DNA of 59,927 nt, filler included. It is 9 parts of 9 records of this genome, joined end to end, with 100 filler letters (N's around TTAATTAATTAA, not from the genome) between each part and the next. Parts side by side here need not be neighbours in the genome. Positions count along the whole stretch, not along the records: positions 35,120 to 41,931 come from SRR31156797_26236; positions 42,032 to 47,966 come from SRR31156797_26246; positions 48,067 to 53,697 come from SRR31156797_26256; 6 more parts are not named here. One strand, written 5' to 3'. The notes beneath the pieces were generated by a model that saw nothing but the letters and a program-made list of their open reading frames with translations, did no database searches and was not told the DNA's origin. Positions 39,728-48,993 of this stretch are shown here, piece by piece; the first letter of the stretch is position 1, and every line of letters starts with the position of its first letter. The position numbers and the translations under genes were made by a program.

Positions 39728-40525
39728 TTACTCAATAGGAACCTCTATCACAAACTTTGCTCCATCAGCAGTATTTGACACATTTAATCTTCCATTCATA
39801 TGATCTTCAATCAAAACTTTTGCCATAAAAAGACCGATACCAGTTCCATCTTTTTTCCCTTGGGTAAAAAATGGGTCAAAAACTTTTTCCATTGGTTCTA
39901 CTTGTATTCCACCACCATTATCGATGATCTCTGTGATACAATAGTTCTCTTTTTGATACACTTTTACATCTATCAAAGCATTTTGTATATCTCGTGCTAT
40001 TAATACATCTTTTGCATTGGCAATAATATTGATCAAAACCTGAGCATATTCGTTTTTAAAGCCATATACAAGTGGATTATTTTTGACTACGATATTTAAT
40101 TTGATATTTTTATTTTCTAAAACTGTACTGATAATACTTACAGCTTTTTTTAGTTGGTCTGTTATTTTGAATTGAACTTTTTCTTTCTCTTTTGAGAAAA
40201 AGCTTTTAAAATCATCAATGGTTTGTGACATATATTTCATAACTACATTTGACCTTTCAATTGCATCTAAAAGAAACTCTTTTGAAACTTCATCTTCTAG
40301 TTTTACTTTTGCTTCGATCGATATAAGGATCGAGGAAAGTTCCATTAAAGGTTGTCGCCATTGATGAGCAATGTTTCCTAGCATTTCACCCATAGCTGCC
40401 ATTTTTGATTGTCGCATCATTATCTCTTGATTTCGTGCACAATCTTTTTTCATAGTTACTTTGAGATCTTCTATCTCTTCAACTAAAACTTTTATTTTAT
40501 TTTCGTACTCTAAAGAATTTTTCAT
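39728..40525 (-). CDS. histidine kinase with no sensor domain
   Basis: NIAHQWRQPL, NIIANAKD, DNGGGI and GTGIGLF. Only a short coiled coil lies N-terminal. Confidence 0.88.
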   Translation of the reverse strand: MKNSLEYENKIKVLVEEIEDLKVTMKKDCARNQEIMMRQSKMAAMGEMLGNIAHQWRQPLMELSSILISIEAKVKLEDEVSKEFLLDAIERSNVVMKYMSQTIDDFKSFFSKEKEKVQFKITDQLKKAVSIISTVLENKNIKLNIVVKNNPLVYGFKNEYAQVLINIIANAKDVLIARDIQNALIDVKVYQKENYCITEIIDNGGGIQVEPMEKVFDPFFTQGKKDGTGIGLFMAKVLIEDHMNGRLNVSNTADGAKFVIEVPIE

Positions 40526-40584
40526 GATAAGTTATTTAAAAAATGGGAAATATCAAATATTTCCCATTTTCAGTATATTTATTA

Positions 40585-41931
40585 TTATAGATCAGTTTCT
40601 ATATCCTCATCTACGAAGACTGAGATATTTGGATTAGAAGAGTTTGTATACTCTACAAATTCACCATCTACTCCATCTACTGTCGTTGTACTACTAGATC
40701 TTGTCCAGTTCTCATTATCATTGAAATCAATCTCATTTCCATCATCTCCAAGGATCACAAGCTCTCCATCATCTCCTGCTAAATCAATCACATCTGCAAG
40801 ATCAACATGTACTGTTTCATTTGATGCAAGCTCTATAGAGTCAATATTTACTAATTCACTAGATTCGATTTCAGATAATGCAAAATCATCATCATCACTA
40901 TCTACTAAGATATCTTTTGTGATATTTCCATTTGCATCAACAGACTCTGTAATATTAACAGTTGCTGTTTCTGTATAGTCTCCAGTTCCCTCAACAGTAT
41001 ATGTATCTGTTGTGATTGTCTCAGTATTTGTAATCGTTTCAGTGATCGTTTCAGTCTCTGTAAATGTAAACGTTTCAGATCCACTGAATGTCTCTGTGAT
41101 CGTTAATGTATCTTCAACAGTTTCTGTATATGTTGTTGTATCAGAACTTGTTACTGTTTCTTCACTTGTTACTGTATCTGTGATCGTTTCTGTTTCTGTC
41201 ACTGTATTTGTTACTGTTACTGTATTTGTCTCACTTACAAATGTTTCTGTTTCTGTATTTGTAAATGTTTCTAATTCAGTTACTGTTTCAGTTAAAATTC
41301 CAAGCTCAGTTACTGTTATTGTTTCTGTATTTGTAATCGTATCTGTATTCGTAATCGTTGCTGTATTTGTCACAGTATTGTATTCAGTTCCAGTAATTGT
41401 TTCTGTATCCGTGATCGTATCTGTATCTGTTACTGTATCAGTTTCCGTAATTGTTTCTATAACAGTATCAGTAAATGTTACAAGCTCTGTAGCAGTTACA
41501 ATCTGCGTATCAGTTATTGTATCTGTACTTGTCTGAGTTTCTGTATCTGTTTGTGTATCTGTACTCGTCACTGTATCTGTACTCGTTACTGTATCTGTAC
41601 TTGTTGCTGTCTCAGTTCCTGTAGTTGTAATATCTCCTGTTTCAGTTACTGTATTCGTTCCTGTCTCAGTATCTGTTAATGTTTCTGTTTCTGTTAACGT
41701 TTCAATTATTGTAATAGTATCTGTATCAGTTATCGTTTGAGTCAATGTAATCGTTTCTGTCTCAGTTAAAGTTACTGTTTCAGTTACTCCCTCACTATCA
41801 GTGTAAGTATATGTATCTGTATAAGTATCTGTATCTGTGTTTGTTACAGTTGTCTCATATGTATCTGTATCTGTATTTGTTACTGTATCTGTACTTGTTA
41901 CTGTATCTGTACTTGTTGCTGTCTCTGTATC
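40585..41931 (-). CDS. Thr-rich (T-x)n repeat protein with T1SS-substrate-like C-terminus, 5' truncated
   Basis: The frame is open to the contig edge. More than 300 residues of alternating Thr (TDTVTS, TETITD). Acidic C-terminus NIDSIEL...LADVIDL...LVILGDDG...VFVDEDI. Confidence 0.8.
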   Translation of the reverse strand, partial: DTETATSTDTVTSTDTVTNTDTDTYETTVTNTDTDTYTDTYTYTDSEGVTETVTLTETETITLTQTITDTDTITIIETLTETETLTDTETGTNTVTETGDITTTGTETATSTDTVTSTDTVTSTDTQTDTETQTSTDTITDTQIVTATELVTFTDTVIETITETDTVTDTDTITDTETITGTEYNTVTNTATITNTDTITNTETITVTELGILTETVTELETFTNTETETFVSETNTVTVTNTVTETETITDTVTSEETVTSSDTTTYTETVEDTLTITETFSGSETFTFTETETITETITNTETITTDTYTVEGTGDYTETATVNITESVDANGNITKDILVDSDDDDFALSEIESSELVNIDSIELASNETVHVDLADVIDLAGDDGELVILGDDGNEIDFNDNENWTRSSSTTTVDGVDGEFVEYTNSSNPNISVFVDEDIETDL

Positions 41932-42031
41932 NNNNNNNNNNNNNNNNNNNNNNNNNNNNNNNNNNNNNNNNNNNNTTAATTAATTAANNNNNNNNNNNNN
42001 NNNNNNNNNNNNNNNNNNNNNNNNNNNNNNN

Positions 42032-43028
42032 CCTTGAGGGTAGCGTAGACATGATCGTTGTAGGTGTTGAGAACAGCTATCTCAGGAAATCCGTTATCGT
42101 TTAGATCGGCTAGGGAGGTTACATCTTGGTACGTCTTAATGACTGAAGTGAGTGGATTCTCATTAAATCTATCAGAAAAGTCGGTTTTCGCGTAATCCCA
42201 GATTATCAGATTGTCTGTAATACCCTTTACTGCATTATAATAGTGATCCCAAGAACCTTGGTTCGGAGCTGCTCCTAAGTACAAATACGGATCAAATCCC
42301 CCTGCCGTTGGCCATACATTTTTACTGCTGGCTTCAATGTTGCCGTCAATATAGATTCTGACAGTATCTCCTGTCTCATCAATCCCATTTACATCCCAAA
42401 CAAATGCGAAATGGACCTTGGAACCATTACTAAATTCTAAATGTCCTCCCGGAGCTGCTGAATAGTTAGCTGTAGATATCCCCACCTCCGATCTTTCAGC
42501 ATACCCTATGCTAAAATAGAATCGTTTGCCGTGATTTCCGTAATCCCAGCCATTCCATCCCGCTTGTAGTATAACATTAGTAGTAAAGTCAATTGGATAA
42601 TCACCTGTTGGGAAATGATCTGTCAGGGCATTTCTGCCGATAAAAAAATACGTATGATTATGCGTGCTACTGTCATACTTGAAGGTGAACCAAAACTCTA
42701 AAGTTCCTCTTTCAGGGGTCACTGTGACTTCGTTCAGATTGATAGCAAAAAAATTACCCCCATCATTCGCCCAACCTTCATTTATGTCATGATTAATGAA
42801 TAGACCATCTCCAAACTGTGCAGGAAGAAATTGTGCCTCCTCCCAGTCTGCAATTTTGTAGCTGGTGAGCTGGATACCTGGCCCTATCTCGCTGTTTGCA
42901 ACTTCCTCCGCGCTGCCGAGTTTATTCCAGAACAGCACAGAATTGTTTGCACAATAAACGTTTGTTGAAAGCATAGAGTATAAAAGAAAAATGACTGCAA
43001 CCGTAGCACCTCGAGTAATTTTCTTCAT
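42032..43028 (-). CDS. secreted LamG/concanavalin-like domain protein followed by an FG-GAP-like repeat, 3' truncated
   Basis: Signal peptide, GTLEFWF, HFAFVWD, IYIDG and GITDNLIIWDYA, then ADLNDNGFPEIAV. Confidence 0.7.
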
Positions 43029-43456
43029 CTGTCCCTCCTGTTTTCATATGTAGGGTTTGCTGAATAAAGATTAGGGGCCTACCTTAATGGGGTCGCTAAT
43101 CCCACTAATACGCGCAAACGAGTTTCGCATCGGGCTCCAAACGAAAAAAATGAGTTTTTTCTCTTTGAAATAAAGAAAACTCCAGCTTGTAAATTTTCAT
43201 TTACAAACGGTGGGCAAGATATCAACTCTTCTTACCAATTACATTCGGGTACAACTCAAGTAACACCTGTTAGCCGAAAGGAACATTCGCAGGCACCACA
43301 TAGCAAGGTCAGCAAGCGAAGCTATTTCGCCGCCTTGAAATGGGGAGTTCGGTTAACCGATGATAGACAAGTGGATGTTTCAGCTCTTTATATTTACAAT
43401 CCGCAACACTAAGCCACAGAAAAACTGTTTCTCTCTTTTCGAATCATCGAAGCAAT

Positions 43457-43495
43457 AAAAAAGCCGAACTACCTCATCAAAGGCAGCTCGGCTTT
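43457..43495 (-). terminator. riboswitch expression-platform terminator
   Basis: AAAGCCGAGCUGCCU-UUGAUG-AGGUAGUUCGGCUUU followed by more U. It overlaps the aptamer 3' strand. Confidence 0.8.
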
Positions 43496-43558
43496 CCATC
43501 TTGCAACGGGCCCGTTGCTTTCCGTCCCTGCCTTACGGCAGGTTTGGCTTTATCTTGT
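43476..43558 (-). ncRNA. c-di-GMP-I (GEMM) riboswitch
   Basis: Minus strand GAUAAAGCCAAACCUGCC-GUAA-GGCAGGGACGGAAAGCAACGGGCCC...AGCCGAGCUGCC. It shows P2 with a GNRA loop, the AAA/GAC internal loop and the AAAG junction. Confidence 0.88.
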
Positions 43559-43584
43559 CAGTTTAATGTCTATTAATCCATTTA

Positions 43585-43614
43585 ATTATAGGACAGCGCC
43601 TGGCAATTAATCAA
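43585..43614 (-). promoter_or_regulatory. sigma70 promoter upstream of the riboswitch
   Basis: TTGATT, 18 bp, TATAAT. Confidence 0.55.
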
Positions 43615-44209
43615 GGGAATTACGTGGTACCTATGACTGTTATGTCAGCTCGTTTGCTGGAAACCGTTGGAGCACAACGCTTCTTGAAGAAGGAAGTCAC
43701 TGATTTTACGTGGTGTACGCTTTGGCAATATCAACCTATGATGTTTTTTGCAAGGTTGATATTGTTCCTGTTTATACGTATTTAAGCTGTATGTCCTCGG
43801 TTCTAGGTTGTTCCATGAACATTGTTGAGATTGTCTTGGGTTTTCTTTTTTCGGCAATAGCTTTGATAGTTATTATCAGGAGGTATGTTGACTTTAAAAA
43901 CCAGAGGCTTTATCACATATGATTTTTTAGAATAATAGAGCTTACCAATGAACACGACCACACAATGGTCTGATCCAATTTTATATTTCATATATGGTGA
44001 AGATCCCACCGCTATTACTCAGCTTGGTGTCGTTGCCTGTAGAGAGGAAATAACCGCCATGGATGACCAGAGTGGATCTTCTTCGATGAAGAGCTTATAG
44101 TTGTGGTTACTCTCTTCCTGCCTTTAATCTTCCTCTGGAGCAGGATTTTGAAACTAATTTGCCAATATCAGGAACAAATTTATACAAAACCAAATTGTTA
44201 AATTCAAAT

Positions 44210-44581
44210 ATGAAAAATGTCAAAGAAGAGTCACTCTCTGTAACTGCTGCAAACCAAGCCCTTGCAGTGAATTTGGAAGCACGAATGTGGAAGTTTGTCG
44301 TTAGAACGATCAACTACCCAGAGCTAAGGTTTGATTCAACAACAGACTCAATATGCTTTATGAGCTATATTCCATTTACAGCCTTAGCAAAAGAATGGAT
44401 TGTCGGAAATACCGAAGGACTTTACGATGTTCGAAAATGTGAAGGCTGTGGCGAATATTTTGATGTGAACAAGACAGATGGAATTTACGGTAACGCTGAA
44501 GATCTGGAAGAATTTATTTGTTTTCCCTGTGCAGAACGCATGACGGCCAGGGAATATTATGAACGATTTATTGAGAGGTAG
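44210..44581 (+). CDS. hypothetical protein with CxxC...CxxC zinc finger
   Basis: CEGC and CFPC. Likely start at ATG 44210. Confidence 0.6.
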   Translation: MKNVKEESLSVTAANQALAVNLEARMWKFVVRTINYPELRFDSTTDSICFMSYIPFTALAKEWIVGNTEGLYDVRKCEGCGEYFDVNKTDGIYGNAEDLEEFICFPCAERMTAREYYERFIER

Positions 44582-44871
44582 CCAGATGATTTGATTTTAA
44601 TATCAGGAGAGATCTTGCCTTTAGAAAAATCGGCTTCAGGGGGGGCATGGACAAGATGAGTCAAGCAAAGGCTTAGCCCCCTTGCAAGGGTGGACAGACA
44701 AAAAGGCTGGCAAAAATTCATGGAGTGGGCTTTCTTTCTCAGCATACCATCAACCGCTTTGCCATCCTGATGAAGGAACTGAGCAAAAGGAATAGCGGCA
44801 CCTTTATAACACTACCCCTGTGGCGGCTTACAAAATTTAATCAACCTGCTCTATCGCTGAAAAAACATAAA

Positions 44872-45597
44872 ATGTCTGAAATAAAAGAACAAATTCTAAA
44901 AGTTATCTATAGTCAATTTGACAACTGGAACCGCAATCGTGAGAAGGCCTGCCTTGGTGGGTGTGCTGCCTGCTGCACCCAAAATGTCACGGTAACAGCT
45001 ACAGAGGCAGAGCTTATTCATAAAGCAATTTTGGAGGCAGGCAAAAGCGATTGGTTAGCGGAAATCCTAGTCAGGGAACGGACAAGCAGCAAGCCGACCA
45101 TGACCACCAATGAGTTTGCCGGGGCTTGTCTGAATGGTGAAGCAGTCGACCCGGGAACAGCAGATAACTACACGCCCTGCCTTTTTCTTGAGAACGGGTA
45201 TTGTCAGGTATATGAAGTGCGCCCTTTTAGCTGTCGCTCTTTTATTTCTTCTACCACCTGCAGTAAAGACCAGCCGGCGACCATGACGGAACAATATGCT
45301 GCCGCCACCACAGCGGTTAGTCAGATTGTCGAACACCTTGGCCAGAAAGAATATTGTGGGTACCTTTTTGATATCCTCACAGTTATGACAGAAAATACAA
45401 CTTACCAGAGGGCGGCAAAACAATTAAGCCCAACTAGGATCATGGAGTGTCGTCTGTGCACCCTAACTGCCCAGCCACTTGCAGGCTTCCTGCTGACCGA
45501 AGAGGATATGGAATTGGTGAAGCCCCTGCTTCTCTCTATTTTTCAGACAAAGATAGGTAACAGAACTATTAAAGAGATACTCAATGGAGCAGTTTGA
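44872..45597 (+). CDS. YkgJ family CxxCxxCC cysteine-cluster protein
   Basis: CLGGCAACC and CLFLENGYCQVYEVRPFSCR. Likely start MSEIK at 44872. Confidence 0.85.
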   Translation: MSEIKEQILKVIYSQFDNWNRNREKACLGGCAACCTQNVTVTATEAELIHKAILEAGKSDWLAEILVRERTSSKPTMTTNEFAGACLNGEAVDPGTADNYTPCLFLENGYCQVYEVRPFSCRSFISSTTCSKDQPATMTEQYAAATTAVSQIVEHLGQKEYCGYLFDILTVMTENTTYQRAAKQLSPTRIMECRLCTLTAQPLAGFLLTEEDMELVKPLLLSIFQTKIGNRTIKEILNGAV

Positions 45598-45775
45598 CTA
45601 TAAATCAGGAGTTTTGATAGGGCAAATTTCAATTTATAGTCTCAAACCCACCTGAAAGTGTCCTTTTATATTTTTTCACTCAGCCTGGAGAATTGGCCAT
45701 AGGAGATATCTCCATAAAAACCACTCCGTGGCACAGGGGATAATTGAGGGCTTGTTAGGGAGAGTTGTAGCACGC

Positions 45776-47575
45776 TCAGTATGCGTAATAAGTTTCAGTA
45801 AAGATAAATTCGTCACTAACTCCCATTGATTTGACAAGGTCGATGGTCTCGTTAACCATTGCAGGACTACCGCAGAGATAATAATTAGTAATTGAATCAA
45901 AAGTGTAATTTTTGAGATATTCAGTAAGTCGGCCACTGAAGTCTCCTCCATCTTCACGAGACATACAAGTGGTAATTTTACTTGGATCAAGGCCTTCGAT
46001 CATTTTGAGGTCACTTTTGTACCGTATGCCGTGAATGAGGTGGTAGTCCAGTGCCGGAGAGCTCTTAATCATTGACCGAAAAGGGCTAAGACCTACTCCT
46101 GCAGCTATAAAAAGATGTTTAATATCAGTGTTAACGTTATCTTGAACACAGAAATCTCCGTAAGCTCCTATAACATCAATTTTTTCTCCAACTTTTACAT
46201 TTTTTAGAAACGGTGTAACAGTTCCGCTATCTTTAATTTTTATGAGAAACTCCAGGAAGTCATCGTTCTCACCCGATGCAATTGTAAAATCTTTACACTG
46301 GCTGTAATTAAGATGGGGTCCAAGGCTTACATTCTGCCCAGCTTGGAATGAAAAGTCATCTCGTTGAGTTTTCAGGAAAATAATATCGTCAGAGATTACT
46401 TTCTTCTCAAAAACTTCAACCATGTAACGATTATCGTCTCGAATGGTAACGTCCTGATTCCGATAGGTCGGTAATTCTCTGAGTGGTAAAGCACCATTAG
46501 GTATACGTAAGTCGCCCTGCAGTGAGCTTTGCCCGACATCGTATTGATCAGGCATAGCGGATTTATCAATTTTTTGTCCCCTTAAACTGCGTAGTTTGTT
46601 CTTTACAACCCAAGTGGCCGGGTGCCGCAAGTATTTTTTCATCACAGGAGCAGCTGTACCAACCATCCAGCAGTTTTTGGGACACGTTCTTACAAGCTCT
46701 CTAACCTCTTGGGCTTCCTCACTGTACCAAAGCTCTTCGAAGCTGGTAAAGTCTCGCAGGCTACCCATGCTTTTCTTCCAGTATTTATCTTCAAGACCAT
46801 TGCATGGATACACTTCACCATAAGGTTCAATGAAATAATTAACAGTGCCTGCTTCACAAGGGAGCAGGCGTTTACCGCCCTGAATATAGTTTATAAGTCC
46901 CATATTAAAGAATGCACGGAACCAGCTTTTGGGATGTTTTTCAGTTAAAAGGCGGTTTATGAGTTCATAAAAGTTATCGACTACTTCGTCTTTGTTGGTC
47001 ACAAAATTATTATCTTTATGAAAATAGTAGGAATTATGATAACTCGCAGTAGCAAATTCCATTTTGAGATTTTTAGAGAGCTCATATAACTCTAACATAT
47101 CGAAAGAGTTATTGTTTGAAACGGTGATGCCAAAACCTATATCTTTTATTCCTATTTTACTGAGCCCGAGAAGAGTACGCATACCACGATCAAAACCACC
47201 GTTGCGACCACGCAGATGGTCATTGATGGTTGGCAGCCCTTCAATGCTCACACGGATACCAATATTTGGAAAACGCTCGGCCATAGCATGGATTTCATCG
47301 ACATGATAGCCAGATGTTGAAATAACAACGCGGGGGGCCTTGGTAAAAGCAACTTCAACTATGTCCTGTAAGTCACGGCGGATAAAAGGTTCTCCACCTG
47401 TGATGTTTATGAATTTCAGGTTTGTCAACTTTTCTAAATCCTTGGGGGTCAATTCTTTTGAAATATCAGTAGGATACTTCCAGATGTTGCACATTTTGCA
47501 CTTCATGTTACATCGGTAAGTTGTTATGATCGATGCATCAGTTGGAAGGGGGATCATCTCGCTACTTTTAGACAT
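45776..47575 (-). CDS. radical SAM/SPASM protein fused to a C-terminal ferredoxin-NADP reductase-like domain
   Basis: CNMKCKMC, TGGEP, SPASM-like CEAG...YPCNG...CPKNC. Then FQAGQ, IAAGVGLSPFRSM, YYLCGSPAMV and a terminal ETYY. Likely start at 47575. Confidence 0.88.
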   Translation of the reverse strand: MSKSSEMIPLPTDASIITTYRCNMKCKMCNIWKYPTDISKELTPKDLEKLTNLKFINITGGEPFIRRDLQDIVEVAFTKAPRVVISTSGYHVDEIHAMAERFPNIGIRVSIEGLPTINDHLRGRNGGFDRGMRTLLGLSKIGIKDIGFGITVSNNNSFDMLELYELSKNLKMEFATASYHNSYYFHKDNNFVTNKDEVVDNFYELINRLLTEKHPKSWFRAFFNMGLINYIQGGKRLLPCEAGTVNYFIEPYGEVYPCNGLEDKYWKKSMGSLRDFTSFEELWYSEEAQEVRELVRTCPKNCWMVGTAAPVMKKYLRHPATWVVKNKLRSLRGQKIDKSAMPDQYDVGQSSLQGDLRIPNGALPLRELPTYRNQDVTIRDDNRYMVEVFEKKVISDDIIFLKTQRDDFSFQAGQNVSLGPHLNYSQCKDFTIASGENDDFLEFLIKIKDSGTVTPFLKNVKVGEKIDVIGAYGDFCVQDNVNTDIKHLFIAAGVGLSPFRSMIKSSPALDYHLIHGIRYKSDLKMIEGLDPSKITTCMSREDGGDFSGRLTEYLKNYTFDSITNYYLCGSPAMVNETIDLVKSMGVSDEFIFTETYYAY

Positions 47576-48267
47576 AGTATTTTTTCGCTCGCCAAAATGG
47601 TTAAATTCTTTTTTCATGGCCTGATGAGGTAAGGAGTACATTTGCGATACTGCGTCGACATTGAAACCATATCTTCTAATCTTATTGGGAGCAACCTTGA
47701 GTTTAATTAGTTAAAAGCAATTCGATCTTACTACTACCAGGTAGTCCACTATATTATGGCAAGGTCAGACCCTACAAGCTAGAAGACAGTCTGTTAAAGA
47801 AGTATGAGGAAAATTTTGGTGAACCTCCACCTTTTAATGAAGGAAGAAGGTTGGCAGGATCACATGATTATCCGCCTTTAGTTAAAAGGTTTCCTGCGGT
47901 AGTGTTAATAAAATACTAAAATAGGTAGGTTTTAGCTTCTTCCTGTTGCTCTCAAGATGGGGGCAGNNNNNNNNNNNNNNNNNNNNNNNNNNNNNNNNNN
48001 NNNNNNNNNNTTAATTAATTAANNNNNNNNNNNNNNNNNNNNNNNNNNNNNNNNNNNNNNNNNNNNATATTCCGGCGGCTTCCCTCCTGTTCCCCGACCA
48101 AACAAACACGTGCGCAATGGATTGATTTAATGGGCCCTGACCCCAAACAACCGCCCACAACAACAGAAACGACCGCCGCCAAAAAGGCGCGCGATCGTTG
48201 CCGTCGGCGTCGATGCGATCAGGTTTTGACGGGTGCCCGGGTCAGGTCGCCCAAGCGGTCGGCCCGA

Positions 48268-48573
48268 TTAGATTTTAAGCCCGGCCTTCAGCGCCATCAG
48301 GTCTTCCCAGCTTTCGCCGGTGACCAGAATACAGCTAAGACCACTTGGCCTGGTCACAACGATGGTGAAAGTACCGTCGTTGGAGGCAAATACCTCGACA
48401 ACCGCGCCGTCAGCCGACAAACCCATGGCAACGGGTTTTTCGGAATAACCGGTGTCCAGTTTTTCGGCGATATGGCCCCGATCGCCGCAGGCAGTCGGAG
48501 CCTGGGCCGAACCCGGTGTTGAATCCACAATCAGAAGGCCTGTCATCAGCAGGCCAAAAAATAAACGCACCAT
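48268..48573 (-). CDS. small secreted alphaproteobacterial conserved protein
   Basis: Signal peptide and CGDR...YSE...GTFTIVVT...SCILVTGESW pattern. RBS AGGAG. Confidence 0.75.
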   Translation of the reverse strand: MVRLFFGLLMTGLLIVDSTPGSAQAPTACGDRGHIAEKLDTGYSEKPVAMGLSADGAVVEVFASNDGTFTIVVTRPSGLSCILVTGESWEDLMALKAGLKI

Positions 48574-48993
48574 GGCACGCTCCTTCTGGAAACGCGCTTT
48601 GTCCTTTGTGCGGCTATTCTCGGGCTGACTGTTGCTGCCCCCGGGTCGACCTCCGAATTCCCCTATGCCGCTTGCAATTTGGACTTAGTCGCATTTCATA
48701 TGTTTGTCATATTGAGGTAGTTGCGCGGATTCCGGCAATCAAGGCCCGGTTTGGTTTTTTGTTTATTTCTTTTTGATTGCCGAATAGCCGGAATTATTCA
48801 TCTACAGTTGAGACTATCTCTATGTCTTGACGAAATTATATTTCACTTGCGCGGTTTTATTGGCGCCAACGCCTTGAAGAACAGTGCTTTTTAAGGCAAC
48901 CGACTTTTCGCGGCCAGCCGTTCCGGCAGAACCTGAAGTGGAATAATCGAGAGACGTTCCTGCTGCCAGGAAGGCATGGAACACCACTTTTTT

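Noticed and set aside
41012-41931. Tandem 18-bp-like DNA repeats and the Val/Ser-rich plus-strand ORF
   Set aside because: They are coding repeats of the minus-strand Thr-rich protein and its antisense shadow, not CRISPR or a separate gene.
47700-47800. Possible ops/JUMPStart element upstream of the radical SAM gene
   Set aside because: No convincing GGCGGTAG match.
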